From: Octopus sinensis
Lineage: Eukaryota
Length of the DNA: 64,000 bases
Direction of reading: 5' to 3'
NCBI RefSeq assembly: GCF_006345805.1
Contig: NC_043004.1
Coordinates: 58,342,001-58,406,000 of the forward strand
Below the pieces are notes generated by a model that saw nothing but the letters and a program-made list of their open reading frames with translations, was not told where the DNA came from and ran no database searches. This document shows, one piece after another, positions 12,197-27,176 of the stretch; within the stretch, counting starts at the first letter, position 1, and the number at the start of each line of letters is the position of its first letter. Position numbers and translations under genes: made by a program.

Positions 12197-12641
12197 CATA
12201 TATATATAAACATGTAAATTATAAATATCTTCACATATTTGAAATATATATATTGTATGTGTGCATATATGTATATGTAAATATATGTATGTATGTATAT
12301 ATACTTATCATAAGTTACGCATCACAGAAGAAGAAACCTTTCATATATAATAAATATACATATATACACAATCATAAAAGGTACGAGGACTTAGTATTTT
12401 AAGACTGCTGCCAGTTTTAAACCATTAATATAAAGTTTTCCCCATATCTTTCAAATTGATGGAGTACAAGTTCATCAAATCAAATCAAAACAAAATTTAC
12501 TTATCCTCAGAATCTCTTTGTAGTTGAGACTTTGAGATATGGTATCTTACTTGGTCAAATGGTTTGTAATAAACCTTGAAATAATGGTTCAAAACTGATG
12601 ACAGACTTCTACCTGAGTCTTCAAAATGTATTTAAACATAT

Positions 12642-12686
<45 letters not shown>

Positions 12687-13631
12687 GATAGATAGATAGA
12701 TATATATATATATACACGCACACATGTATACATCCATGCAAATGCACAAATACATACATAATGCATACATACATACATACATACATACATACATACATGC
12801 ACACACACACACACATATGTGTGTGTGTGTTTACTTAAGCACATATAGACACTATGAATTCATATACTCTTTAAAAGATCTGTCATGAAATTAATGAGAT
12901 AATGTTTAAGATCTAATTGGATATTGACTTTTTGTTAATTATAGTTTCTTTAAAATAGTTCTCTTCAGATATATCTTATAACCGCCATTGTTCTTCGGCT
13001 CCAAGAAAATTCTTCAAAATTTTCTTCTGTCCATTCTCTGTAAATAGGTCACAGCTATTTTTATTAAAAAAAAAAATTTAAGACTTGTAGCTTTTCTTTT
13101 TTTTTCTTTCTTTTTTCTTTTTCTTTTATTTGTTTCAGTCATTGGACTGCAGCTATGCCAAAGTACTGCCTTGAAGAATTTTAGTCATAGAAATAAACCT
13201 CAGTATTTATATCTGGTACTCATTCTATCAGTCTCTTTTACTAAACCACAAAATTACAAGAACCTTAAACAAATCAACACTGGTTATCAAGCAGTGATGG
13301 TGGGATATACATACAAACACAAACATGCACATGTGTGTGTCTAAGGTAAATTATCCAGGCAGGTACCATAATAGCTCCCGTGTATACACCTGGTTTCAGC
13401 TAACCACATCAAGTAATGATAAACATCAGTTAACTTAGTCAACTCCAAACCACTGAATGAAGATGCTCAGCTGGGTTGCAACTACACACACTGTGTGTAG
13501 CAGAAACATGTGTCAGTCATTTTAACCAACTGATTGTGGTATATGACTAACAGTAAAATTAAAAGTAAAATTTGGAGATGTACCAGTTTCGGTATTCTTT
13601 ATAATTGTTTCACACACACACAGATGTGTGC

Positions 13632-14185
13632 GTGTGCATGTTAAACAAAATGAGATAACAAAGCCAAGGCAATATGATATTCCTAGGACATTTATAAATA
13701 GAAAGGTAGCCTTACAGCTGTTTCAGGGAAATAAATGACATCCTATCATTAGAGATGAGTTAAAAGATCTTCAATATAAGGAATTAGAAGAGTTCATTTT
13801 TTTTTAGAAGAAGTTATTCTGGAGTGGGAGAGATGTACAAGAAATTAGATATAATGCAGAAAGTATAAAAGAAAAAGAAAAAGTACATGTTGGATGTTAA
13901 AGAAGACCAGGTTTAACATCCAGCATGTATTTTTATTTTTCCTATTTTCCTTTTATACTTTCTGCATTATATCTAATTTCTTGTATATATATCTCCAGAA
14001 TAACTTCTTCTAAAAATAGGAACTCTACTAATTGTTTATATTGAGGCTCTTTTAACTTGTCTCTGATGATGGAATATCATTTATTTCTCTGAAACAGCTG
14101 TAAGACTACCTTTCTATTTATAAATGTCCTAGGAATATCAAATTTCTTTGGCCTTGTTATTTTGTTTTATTTAACATATGCACAC
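13632..14185. mobile_element. Family H fold-back, about 270-bp arms and 10-nt loop, hammerhead motif in each arm
   Basis: Arms match by eye (13681-13738 vs its inverted copy: 2 mismatches in 58); loop GAAGACCAGG 13902-13911. Confidence 0.8.
14059..14106 (+). ncRNA. Type I hammerhead motif, family H, stem II partly decayed
   Basis: GTCT-CTGATGA-(21 nt containing GGAATA/TATTTC)-GAA-ACAGCTGT-A-AGAC; palindromic stem III, GUA site, stem I GTCT/AGAC. Confidence 0.6.
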
Positions 14186-14408
14186 TCAAGCACGGCCTGC
14201 CTTAGACCCCTCACTCATGCTATTATTGAACCGAGAGCTACTACACATTCTTTATGATAGATCGCTAGCTACTACACATTCTTTATTTTCTCTCCTTGTT
14301 TCTTTCTGTGGAAGAACATAGGCTTGAAACATTAAAGACATTAAACTAATACATCTGTTTGTTGTCTACACCACCTGTCTTCATCTTTTGTTTTTTTTTG
14401 TGAATTCT

Positions 14409-14411
<3 letters not shown>
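14186..14411 (+). mobile_element. Family E older copy, decayed hammerhead motif at 14301-14338, ending in (TA)n
   Basis: TCTTT-CTGTGGA-A-GAACATAGGCTT-GAAACATT-AAAGA; shares flanking blocks with 45962-46240. Confidence 0.6.
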
Positions 14412-14448
<37 letters not shown>

Positions 14449-14528
14449 TTATATGTATGTATATATACTTATATGTATGTATATATATTTATATGTATGT
14501 ATATATATTTACATGTATGTATATATAT

Positions 14529-14683
<155 letters not shown>

Positions 14684-14726
14684 TTATGTACATACATACA
14701 TTCACACATATACATATTTATACTAC

Positions 14727-15100
14727 GGCACTCCGTCGGTTACGACGACGAGGGTTCCAGTTGATCCAATCAACAGAACAGCCTGCTTGTGAAATTAACA
14801 TGCAAGTGGCTGAGCACTCCACAGACACATGTACCCTTAATGTAGTTCTTGGGGAGATTCAGCGTGATGCAGAGTGTGACAAGGCTGGACCTTTTAAATA
14901 TGGGTACAACAGAAACAAGAAAGGGTGACAGAAAGTTGTGATGAAGGAGTACAGCAGGGTTCGCCACCACCCTCTGCTGGAGCCTCATGAAGCTTTAAGT
15001 GTTTTCACTCAATAATCACTCACAATGCCCAGTCTGGGAATTGAAACCATGATCCTATGACAGCAAGTCTGCTACCCCAACCACTGGGCCATTGTGCTTC
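14727..15100 (-). mobile_element. SINE family C, CpG-decayed copy; a 3' end also at 1-36 (+)
   Basis: Colinear with 40161-40550. Confidence 0.88.
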
Positions 15101-18100
15101 ACACACACACACACACACACACACACATGCATACATACACACACACACACACACACTCATATATATATTGGACTTCCTCACAGTTTCTCCCAACCAAATT
15201 CAGTGTATTAGCACTGCAGTAGAGACCATATATGGTAAATATCTTTATTGCAGGAGCATTATAATACAAAACAGGCCAAACTCCAAAATTAGCAATAGTC
15301 TTTGACTGAATTATATGAAACCAATTTTTGTAACTTTTAGGTTTTAACACAAAAGGTTTCTCAGAGCCATTGAAAATTTTATGCAAAACATTTGATTCAT
15401 GATTTGGCCTTGTGTCGTGGAGACTTCCTGCTGGCCTATCAATCATGAATAATTGCTTTTTCTATCAAGAAGACTTTTAATCAACAAAACTTTGTCTTCA
15501 TACTTGCTGTGCTTGAAGCATTTGGAATTTTCCCCCCCTTGGCATACAAATTGATTTGTCTTTTTATACGAACTCTTTAAATATTTATGCTTCTATGTCA
15601 AGAATTACATTGCTTTATATTCTTGCAATCAGTACTGACAAAGACACTATCAAATATTTCTTAATTAAACAAGTAATTAAATAATAGCAATGTGTATTGT
15701 GATGTCGAAGAACAATCAAGTGATAAGTATCAAGCAATTAAAGGCATAATATGGTGATAATTCATTTAAATAGATGCCTTATTAATTTCATGAAAGACCT
15801 TATCTATATGAATATAAATGCAAACACATACATGCAGGCATATTTGTGTGTGCATTTCCATATAAACGTGTGTTTGTGTGTATGTCTGTGTATATATATA
15901 TATATATATACACACATACTCACATACACTTTTAGACACACACATATACACGCATACCTAGACACATAAAACGTTTGAGTATATGTTATGTGCTACATAT
16001 TGCTGTTTATAACCTAAGATTGCATTGATGTCCTTCTTTTTTTTAGCACATTTTCATGGTACGTAATTTCAGTGACAAGCTACTGAAATTAATGCAGTGT
16101 TTACTTTTGTTTTATAAGTATTCCTAATTTTTCAGCTAGAAATTCATATAGTCCATTTTAATAATTTACTAATGTTAGAATAACTTTGTTGTCATGTGGT
16201 AAAAGTTATCGGTTCTATCATATGGTTCACTATCATAGTTTGGTGCTACATATTTATTTAGAAAGTACTTATTGTGTTTTTGGATTGTTTCAAGCCATAT
16301 ATTTGTGACAGTTTCAAGATCTACTTGAGAGCTTTAAGGTTACTTTGAGGTTTTAATTTTTTAAAGTAAATGGTTGCTGTTGATATTTATTTCAGTTCTT
16401 ATTCTGAAGGGTTCTTTAGAAGTTCTTTAAAAGATATGATGTTCTTTATTACAAAGGTTTTAAAATGTGAAGTTATTACATAGTCATTTTAAATTATCTT
16501 ATTAAGTTTTCACACTGTGCAATTGCATAATATTTACAATAGCATTGATTATTTTAAAGACAAGTGGTATGTTGTTTTTTTAACACCAATTAATAAAATT
16601 TAGTTAAAATTTTTTATAGTTTAAAGGATCTGTCATATCAGGTTTTGTTGAATATTAAGGTCTTCATCAAAGGGTACCTGTAACATAACTTTGAATAACT
16701 TGCATTAAAATTTACTATGGATAGTCTAGGTTTGTTACTTGTTACTTTTGGTTATATATTTACAAATTAATGCTGCCTCAGTCTCTTTTAAATAGCATTA
16801 TTGACATTACAGTTGAGAATATTTGTACTAACTCTTTGAATCAATATATTTGCCATTGTTCAATGAAAAATCATAATGTTGATATGACATTCAATAGTTG
16901 TCATAGATACTTGCAAGATTTATCTAGTCATGCAATGTATTTCTCTGTCTTATTAAGTCACAGTTTAGAAAGTTTCTGATCAAAGATAGTTACCACTATT
17001 AATACCCTACATGCACATTGAAAATAGTTACTGGTTTCACTGAGCTTCTCTTATGTCTCCTGATCTTACAGATTTAAGTACCGGTTTATAATCTCAACAA
17101 CTGTCACAAGCAATCTTATCTTAGGAAGGCATTCTTGCACATTTTCTATTTCCTATTTAACGAATGATCCTATATTTAACCTGTTTGTTAAATAAATGGA
17201 TCATTAATTTATGGAGGAAGCATCAATTCTAGTTCATTTTCTTTGTTATGTTATTAACTCGCTCAAATAAAGTTTAAATAATGTTAAGATCAAGAGAAAC
17301 ATGCAATATGTTGATTACTTTAAGTTCAAAGACCTTTGAAGATGTCACTGAAAATAGTTAAGATGAACTGAAGACAAACAGATTAAAATATCTCCATGAA
17401 AGTTTTAAATGTCTCATCTTGTCTATTAGTTATAGATTTTTAATGGCAAAAGAAATCTTTTTAAAATATCTAATTTTTTTAGTTGTTATATTAGATATAT
17501 GTATGTTTGTGTATGTGTGCTGTGTGTATGCTAGTGTGAAGGTGTTAGATGTGTGTATTTGTATATATCATATATGTAATATATATATATATGTAATACA
17601 CACACACATGAATTAGTTTGAGGTAGAGTCAATATAGCTATTAAAAACAAATATAGACGGTTTTATTGACTTTTATTTCATCATGATACATAATAATGTA
17701 ATATATATATATTAATAATCAGTCTTTATCTGTTAAAGCCAGTTGCTGGATAGTTCTTACATAGGTTTTTTTATGAGATTTTTCATCTATTTTCCAGTCA
17801 GTTTAGTTTTAATAATTCTCTTTATTTCTTTGTTATTTGTCATTTTTCTCTTTTCTTCTAAGTTTTAAGATGATGAGTAATTAGAATGTACCATTTGCCC
17901 AATCTTTATCATTTAATACTCTAAACATTTAATTTTATTGGTATGGTAAGTTTTCGTTATTTTTTCCATAAATTTATCTTTGATATTATGTGATTGATTT
18001 ATTAATTATAATGAGTTTTATGAGTAATTGTTTGTTGAATTAATCTTCTCACAATTTCTTTGTTATTATATGAATCATATATATATATGTGTGTGTGTAT

Positions 18101-18221
18101 GTGTGTATATCACAATTTGTTTCATGTTTCATATCTATTATATATAGTTATATTTGTATGTATACAAGTATCATCACAATTTCTTCATGTTAAATGAATA
18201 CATGTCTATGTTTATGTGTGG

Positions 18222-18263
<42 letters not shown>

Positions 18264-19503
18264 TATATTCTTGTACTGTTAATCTGTTCACTGTAAAATA
18301 TTTATAATGTTTGTCATACTGTTGAGGTTCAGTTCTTTATTGCTATATTGTTCTATTATAGAAAAAAACATTTCTATTCAAACTTAAACTTTCCTAGAGA
18401 CATTAATTATTAAACAAATACATATAAAGATGAATAGAAACCCATCATACTTAGGTGGTGTCCATTAACATTTTCTAAAACTAAACTGTAGTTGTTTCAA
18501 GTTGTAATAAACTAACACCATAGATTTATTCCATCATCATTCCTGAATAATATATTACACAAAATGAAAGAATTAATCAGAAATATTGAAATCCGTTAGT
18601 TCTTTATACAGTATTCTAATGTTTGTTAGTGAATCGGTATAAATGGTGGACTATCAAATTAAATGTCAAATTATTTAGTTTTAGTTCCCTATTTGAGATG
18701 ACTAAAAGGGTCAATGAGGGGAAATGAATCTTACTATAAAATACTTCCAAAGAAAACCTAATCCACACCAGTACTGAACAACAGACATTAATCAATGATA
18801 ATGATAATGACACTAGTAATGATGATGATGATAACTATGATGTTTACTTCATGTTTTATCCATCTGACACCCATGAAATATGTATAAACTAGGTTTAATA
18901 ATCTGAAGTCCATGAAGTAATCATATTCTGGGAGATTTATCCAACTGACCTACATAGATACTCACCCATATAGAATTTGGATTTGTACAATTAGAATTAA
19001 TCAATATTTTTCCATAAGAAAAGTAACAATTATAAAATATTTATGAATAGCAAAGCTGGAGAAACACATGGCATTCTTTAAAATTTCTATCAAAGATCAC
19101 ACAAAATACACCATCTCATTAATTGCTCACATCAAATATTAACAGTAATAATAGTTGTAGAGTAAGAACGGTACTCTTGAAGTCGTAGTCATAAATGAGC
19201 TATTTAGATGCATTTTGCTATTTTCAGGACAAAATAATCAGCTCCATGCAAAATTTTAGTGTGAGAAAAATTATCTGAAAATAAATAGGATTAGGTCTTA
19301 GTGTATGTGGTGAGTTGGGGGGGGGGGACATTTTAATAGTATTTATGTTATTTCTCTGGTACTAAATTTTTCCTACAGTCAAAGATCAGCATTTTTCAAC
19401 TTTAATTCAACATATGAATGACTCTCTATACATAAAGCTATACATACATATGTACCTGCATACATACGTAGAGTATGTGTGTATGTATATGCACACACAT
19501 GTA

Positions 19504-20068
19504 TTTGGTTGTCCGGAAAGTTTGTGCCGATTTATAGTAGCTTACCTTTCGACTTATTTTAGAACATAGTTGAGTCCATAAAATATGATTTGACTACACC
19601 TCCATTTAGAGCACAGTTTGAGCTATCTTTTCTTGGAAGAAGGTTTATATTCCTATAACCTGTGTTAATTCTGTAACCCTTTAAAATCGAAGATAAGAAA
19701 GTTCATTTTTGGCACTTGATGCTTTGGGAACTAGATAAAAATTGCTGCAGCTCGGCTGGGATGTGTTACCCCACCCTCCATATTCACCAGATATTGCTCC
19801 TTCAGATTTCCACTTATTCAGGTCTCTGCAGAATAGTCTTAATGGTAAAAATTTCAATTCCTTGGATGATGTAAAAAGAAACCTTGATGAATTCTTTGCC
19901 ATGAAACCACCTCAATTCTGGGAAGTGGGTATTTTCAAGTTAAAGGAAAGATGGAGACGCATTGTGCAACAAAATGGTTCATATTTGGTTGATTAAAAAT
20001 GTAATGGCAAGTATTTTTGACCTTTTTCTTTCCTTTAAAAATCGGCACGAACTTTCCGGACAACCCAA
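19504..20068 (+). mobile_element. Internally deleted mariner (DD34D-type) element
   Basis: 30-bp TIRs 19504-19533 and 20039-20068 with TA on both sides; ORF 19742-19996 has GWDVLPHPPYSPDIAPSDFHLF and WRRIVQQNGSY; short N-terminal remnant (EDKKVHFWHLMLWE) joined directly upstream. Confidence 0.92.
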
Positions 20069-20502
20069 TATATAAATATATATATATGAAACTAATAGAT
20101 TTTCTTTCTCAAAAGAATTAATTGAAGATGAATTATTCTGAGAATGAAACAATAAAGTCCTGAAAGAGTTCTTAATTCAATAAATCCAATTATATCCTCC
20201 TCTTCATTTTATGCTTTGAATCGTTTGCCTTTCCATTTTCAATGAAAACGTTATAACAATTATATATAAATGCCTGTGTACTGGTGTGTGCATATGTATA
20301 TGCATGTGTTTGCATGTGTAGGAAAGCTGAATTATTTCCAGTTACACAAACAGATGCACTGACACACACACATATTCATGAATTTTGTTTTGTTAAGTAA
20401 TAAATTTAGAATAGTTATGTGTTAAAGGCCCAGTCTGTTTGGTTCATCCTTCACACCTTTGAAGATGTCTAGGTTATCAGTTTTACTTTGAAGGTTCTAA
20501 GG

Positions 20503-20674
20503 CAGTGGTTTTCAACCAGGGTTCCACCAGTACAGTCCAGGGATTCTGCAAGAAGTTACAAAACTGCTAAAATCGGCAGTAATTTTTAATTCTCCTGTGC
20601 AGATATGTGTGCATAAGACTATTAAATTATTGCACAGGGGTTCCCCGAGCCAGTGGAATGTTTGAGAAGCACTG
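20503..20674. mobile_element. hAT/Charlie-type MITE
   Basis: Termini CAGTGGTTTTCAAC / TTGAGAAGCACTG; perfect 8-bp TSD TTCTAAGG (20495-20502, 20675-20682). Confidence 0.85.
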
Positions 20675-21028
20675 TTCTAAGGTGTCTTATTAGGTCAATT
20701 TTGGCATGAAATCCAGTTACAGCAGGGATGCATAATAACAAAATCAGAAGCCGGTGGGAATCCATGCACCCCCAACAACTTTAACTTTTCCACTCATATC
20801 TGATACTAAAGGCTTTCTCTAATATAGCCAGATTTTAAATGGTTCAGATGGCAGTGTCATATTACAATTATTTTAGGAGGTGTTAGTAGTGTTTTATGGG
20901 TGAAAACAGATGCTAAAGCATATCAAAACTGCTGACCAACTACCTCTGCAATATATTTGATTGTTATGTCACATACATGTATATATATATATATATTTTA
21001 TATGTAGAAAAATACAAACTGGGACAAG

Positions 21029-21085
<57 letters not shown>

Positions 21086-24000
21086 AGGTTGTTTGAAAGA
21101 GAATATATAAAAACTATATATAGCAAATTTATGGCAGAGTAAAAGTTTTAGTGCATAAATTGAAAAGATATGGATATTACTTATCAGAAACATTGATAAT
21201 TTCTTCTAAAATGATTTTAATAAATTATAATATTTGCAGAAGGGAAAGAAAAAAAATGGATGGAATGTATTTATTGAATTATTATAAGATAGTAACTTAG
21301 AATTGTAGTAGGGTAAAAAATCGAAAAGAAAAGCATATGTTGACATGGAAATGCAAAATGAACAGATAATAACTGTTAAGCAACATGTACACATGAACTG
21401 TGGAAGAGATAATATAAATGCCAACTAACTTATAAAATTAGACTATTAGATTATATTTGTAAAAAATTTCATTTATGATTGATAAGAAATACACATGAAG
21501 GTTAATCATGTCATTCATTGGTGGAAGGTAAAGGATATTGATGACAACAGTGGAAGGTTAGGAATGAGAATTGAGAAAACTTAAACATTAACTGTTGTTC
21601 ATTTTGCTCATAGAAAGGCAAGACACTACACAACAGTAAATTTACACAATTTACACACAACAGACAGATAATTTCTAATGGCACTATGAACAGATACTAT
21701 CATTAGAGTAATGCCAAAGAAAATAGAAGTGTAATTTAACTGCCTATGTTCTGCTCTTATTTATTTAAAGCAGAGAAGCAATGTAGAAGAGCAACTCAAA
21801 GATTAAGTTTAATGAAGATCATTGAAAGACAAAGATAAGCAAAATACACTTTGAGTTTAACATTAAATTTTAAATTCCAGTTAATTACAAAGAAAGAGAC
21901 ATTGCCAAGAACCTTTATAAATTCTCCTTCACTGGTGAGATTTATGTGACTGAGGTTCACTCAGAACATCTGGAGATTAATTTTGGCAAGAAAAATTTTT
22001 GTGCACAATGGGGATTCCAAAAGATTACAATTCTGTGAAGGAATTATAAAGCAAAGCACAAGGTTTGGGAAGTTGACTTGAATAAAAGAAGTTAGTGCAT
22101 TGGAGGCTTTATACGTGTCAAAAGCAACAACACTGTTTCAAGCAAAGTTCTTAAGGAGGAATTACCTTTGGAGCATAACACAAGAAAAAGTTTCCAGTTG
22201 ATCTAGCTTTATGGAAATACTACTGATAGTTCTGAGAAGGGAGAAAGACCTAAGGGAATGAATGAGAGCATTATTTTCAATAGTTTCTATCACATTTGAG
22301 GTGATAGTTGGAAGGGTAAAAAAGTTTTTTCTGTTTGGGATGAGATAAACTCAAAAGCTATTTTAAAGAAATCTTTGCTTTATACAGACAAGTGATCTTT
22401 GTCTTTAACAATGTTATAACTTCAAATGGTAGCTTCTGCTATGTGTAAAAATAGAAATAAGATAGATTTGTAACTGTAAAAGAAAAAATAGTATCTTAGG
22501 AATTTTATGATAGAATTACTATCCAATTCAAAGACTTTATGTGCTGATTTTTTTTATAGAATCAGTTTAGAAATTTTATGTAAAGTCAATTGTTCAAGAT
22601 AAGCCTGACTCATAAGCACTTTCAACTGTAGAAGTATTGAGAAATTCTTGATAAGGCTATGATGCAAGTTCTCTTTGTGTAGAAGAAAAAGGTGATGATA
22701 ATAATTTAATATGAGAAATTTGGGAGAAATTGATACAATCAAGGTAACAGTGGAATATTTAAAAACATTTTTATATCATTTTCTATACTGACATAGGTTA
22801 AATAATTTATTTTTGTCTGTTGTTAAAGCATCTGTTTTATAGTTGGATAACCTTATTCACATTAATTGCTCCACTGTGAAATTGAGATAATGTTTAAGTT
22901 TTAATTTAAATTAATGAAAAGAAATGACACCAGGGAAAACTCATGCCAAAGATAAGACAACTCAAAACCTTAGAATCAATAGTTCATTATTTGAACAAAT
23001 CAGCCATCAAACCTACTTAAGTAAAAATTTAATTTCACTAACTTATCTCATGTAACCTTACTGTCAACAGGTTAGACAGCAATAGTTACACTCCAATTGA
23101 TTTACTAAGCTTATTGTTAAAAACAAAACGAAACAAAACAAAGAAAAAAAAGAATCAGCTTGCCAAATTAATTATCTTGAGCTTAAAGTCTTGGCCAAAG
23201 ATTAGCAACAAAAGTGAAAAGATTACAGAAACCAGTCCTCCGCACAAAAACTTAATCAAAAACTGTTGACAAAAATTTGTTTTAGAACTTTGAACCAGTA
23301 TTTAATATATGGGGAAACTGTACACTTTCCTAAAGTACTTAGCCTTAAACATTATTTTGCCCCTTATAATTAATAATATAACCATACTCCTCAAGGCGGC
23401 AAGCTAGCAGAACCATTAGCACACTGGGCAAAATGCTTAACTGCATTTCGTCCATCTTTACATTCTGAGTTCAAATTCCACTGAGGTCAACTTTGCCTTT
23501 CAATCTTTTGGGGATGATAAAATAAGAACTAGTTGAATACTGGGATCTATGTAATCAACATAAAAAATCCTCCCCCAGAATTGATGGACTTGTACCAAAA
23601 TTTGAAGGCACTATAAATATATTCCATGATAGCAAGGTCAGAGGTTCTCAAAAAATATTTGCTGAAAGTCAAACTTAGCTTACATTTAGTTTAGTAAATT
23701 ATGTAATATAATAAACAAAATTTATTTCTTCCAAATGAATATTATGAATAGTAATTATATCAAATGGATTAAATGCTTGCTTTAGTAGAAGCAATGAAGC
23801 TCTAACAAAGCTATTAATGGATTGCACCTTATTTCCCTTTTCCCTATTAACATTTTTACATCCATTTTTTTGATAGTGAAATACTTTTCAAATGGTCCTG
23901 CAAATTAAGGCACTTACACTAATTAGTTGCAGAAGCAAATTACTGTAGCTAACTATTCTGTTAATGTCATCTGAATATTGAGATGAGAAGAGAAACAGTT

Positions 24001-25465
24001 GTTTGGCTTAGTAGGCTGTGGTTAGAATTATATACCTAATGAAAGGTCAAAAAACAAAAATACAGCGTATATATATTGGGGTTTTAATTTAATATTTATG
24101 AGCTTATATCCCTGAGTATTATCAATTCAGGCAATGTAATGTACTTGTTTTTGAGTGCTTTAAAAAGATCTGGTAGTGAATATGTTAACTTTCAGTCAAT
24201 GTAGAAATCATTTATTACACCTCCTTTGAAACAGAAGGCAGAAAGATAAGCTTATGTCTGTGTGTGCTTATGGTTCTTTACATATGTTTCTATAAAATAC
24301 TGATACAGCCTGTAAAACAATACTTTGACTAAGAGGTAGATGAGATCCTAACTACTCCCATATATTCATTGACATCACTTCTTAATATACACACACACAC
24401 ACACACACACACACGAGCATATATATATATAAGTAACTGATGCAGAAGAATGAAAGGCAAGCTAAGATCAGAATTCCAAGCATCACTGAAAAGATAAAAA
24501 CGAGCAAGCACCTGTCTCATCAACACAATTTTTCTTAACACTCAAGAATTCTCCTTGTATACCCTTCTAAATTCTTCCAGCAAAGATGATTTTCTAACAT
24601 ACAATATAACTTTTATATACCTTTCTGGACTAAAACTGTCTTGTAAAAACTATTCATCTGTCAAGTGTTAGTAAAAGTTGTATAGCTTTACTATGACAGA
24701 CAGAATGTAAATAACAGTATAGTGTGATAAAAAAAAAAACTTTGCGTATTACATTTTATATAACCAAAACTAAACTCAACCTTGGCATATTTTACTATGT
24801 TAGATGAGATTTCCCATCTCAAGGTTTTAATTGACTACTAGCCTGCCATAGGTAAAATCATGCAGAGATGTAAATGTTACTTAACAAAAATAATATTTTG
24901 TTTTCAACATAAAAGCTATACTTCCAATCTTCTATCTTGAAAATAAAGTAAAAAAAAAAACACATTGTACATCAATAAAAGATGAAATAAAACAAAATGT
25001 GTAAGCATTTGCATGATTTTGTAACTGTTTCTTACATGTAATTAATCTGTAATCACCCACACTTGTGTTAGGTTTGATATTTTGAGGATCTGTTACATAT
25101 ATCTAAATCCTTGACATTCATATTTTTATAACATTATCTGTGTTAATTCACGTGTCACTAATGTTCTTACATAAAACAATTAAACCCTTTGCAATTTGAT
25201 GATGGCTTTTGAAAATTCTGTAAACACCTACTTAGGAGCAGCAGTATATATTTTTTCCTAAATTGTTAAGATGTATGTTGTATTGTTGCTAAAAACTCTC
25301 TAGTAATTAACTCAACTCCACAACACATACATACTGGGTGATTCTAAAACCCTTTCTCTGTTTCTGTGGTTGTCACATCCTTCACAGTCAGTTAAGTAAT
25401 ATTGAGAGGACCATAAGGATATCTACGCCTGCTCATGACTACACAAGAACCTCAAATAATTAGGA

Positions 25466-25813
25466 CAGTAGTTCTCAACTGTTCTTTTTTTTTTAACTAT
25501 GGACCCCTGTCATTACTATTTTACTCTGATGAAGCCCCCATAGCCACTCAGTATTTAAAAACTAGCTTTATAAATACTTCTTTCAAAATTCCTATTTTGC
25601 TTTTCACACGTTACCTTGTGTAGGTTGAACTATGGAGAATGTAAGAAAAAGAAATCTAGCTGTTTCTTGCCATAAATACATCAACAGGAAAATTTTTTCA
25701 TGGACCCTTAATATGCTACCATGGGTGCCCAATTTACTATTTTGCTTGTGTGGACCCCCAAAAGTCTTATATGGATCTCCAGGGGTCATCTGGACCCCTG
25801 TTGAGAACCACTG
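25466..25813. mobile_element. hAT/Charlie-type MITE, second family
   Basis: TIRs CAGTAGTTCTCAAC / GTTGAGAACCACTG; flanks AATTAGGA / AATTAGAG (6 of 8 match). Confidence 0.75.
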
Positions 25814-26139
25814 AATTAGAGAATACATGGTACATATTACCAAGTCATATTTGATGCTTGTACTGTGTGTTTCTGTATCATACCATGTGTCTCTGTATCA
25901 AGAGGAGCATCATCTCAATGTTCACTTTTCCATGCTTGACTAGGTCAGATGGAATTCAGTGATGTCAGATTCCCTTCTTGTCACCAGCCCTCACTTGTTT
26001 CCTAGCAAGCCAATATTTCCCCATAGCCAAACAAGTTTTCACAAATGACAAGGAATAAGGGACTTGTATGACAGTGTTGCCTGTTTATAACTATCCCATG
26101 ATGTCTAGACAAAGAGATTCAAACACACACAAAAATATG

Positions 26140-26201
<62 letters not shown>

Positions 26202-26321
26202 AGGAAAAATAAGACAAGGTAGAAAATGCTAAAATAATTTTATCATGGAGAACATTTTAGTACCGGTTTCAGTCATTGTGACCTTTACAATTCAGAGTAA
26301 AGCATGAAAATCAATTAAATA

Positions 26322-26393
<72 letters not shown>

Positions 26394-26751
26394 CATACAT
26401 AAACACACATAAAAATGGCTTCTTTCAGTTTCCATCAATTCACAAGGCTTTGGGTTAGCCTGGGCTAGAGTAGACAGTTGTGCAAGGTGTTACGCAATGA
26501 AGCTAAATCTGAAACCACGTGGTTAGGAGGGAAATTCTTAATCCCCCAGCCATACTGTGCTATACATATGTGTGTGTGTGTGTGCATCTATTCCTTCATC
26601 ATGCCTGGCACCAGAGCTTACCCTGTTGCAAGTATTCAGGATTAATCTTCCTGTGTTGGATGGTAGCTAAAGGGTCATGAATACTGCCTTTCTTCCAAAC
26701 TAAAAGATAAAGATCAAACAATACAGCATCTGCTACATAAAAAGGTATACT

Positions 26752-26966
26752 CTCTCTTTTACTTGTTTCAGCCATTTGACTGTGGCCATGCTGGATCACC
26801 ACCTTTAGTCAAGCAAATCGACCCCAGAACTTATTCTTTGTAAGCCTTGTACTTATTCTATCGGTATCTTTTGCCAAACCGCTAAGTTATGGGGATGTAT
26901 ACACACCAGCATCAGTTGTCAAGCGATGTTGGGGGGACAAACACAGACACACAAACATATACACAT

Positions 26967-27007
<41 letters not shown>

Positions 27008-27176
27008 ATATACGATGGGCTTCTTTCGGTTTCCATCTACCAAATCCATTCACAAGGCCTTGGTTGGCCCAAGGCTATAGTAGAAGACACTTGCCCAAGG
27101 TGCCACACAGTGGGACTGAACCCGGAACCATGTGGTTCGTAAGCAAGCTACTTACTACACAGCCACTCCTACGCCT
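26752..27176 (-). mobile_element. SINE family A, full length
   Basis: Colinear with other copies. Confidence 0.9.

Noticed and set aside
17163-17205. Short imperfect hairpins (also 13482-13500, 33405-33440, 47505-47565)
   Set aside because: Expected by chance in AT-rich DNA; no further support.
21880-22750. Possible decayed LINE coding sequence
   Set aside because: No convincing RT or endonuclease motif could be read in any frame.
25526-25560. CTGATGA hits here and at 36821 and 46733
   Set aside because: No downstream GAAA with compatible stems.
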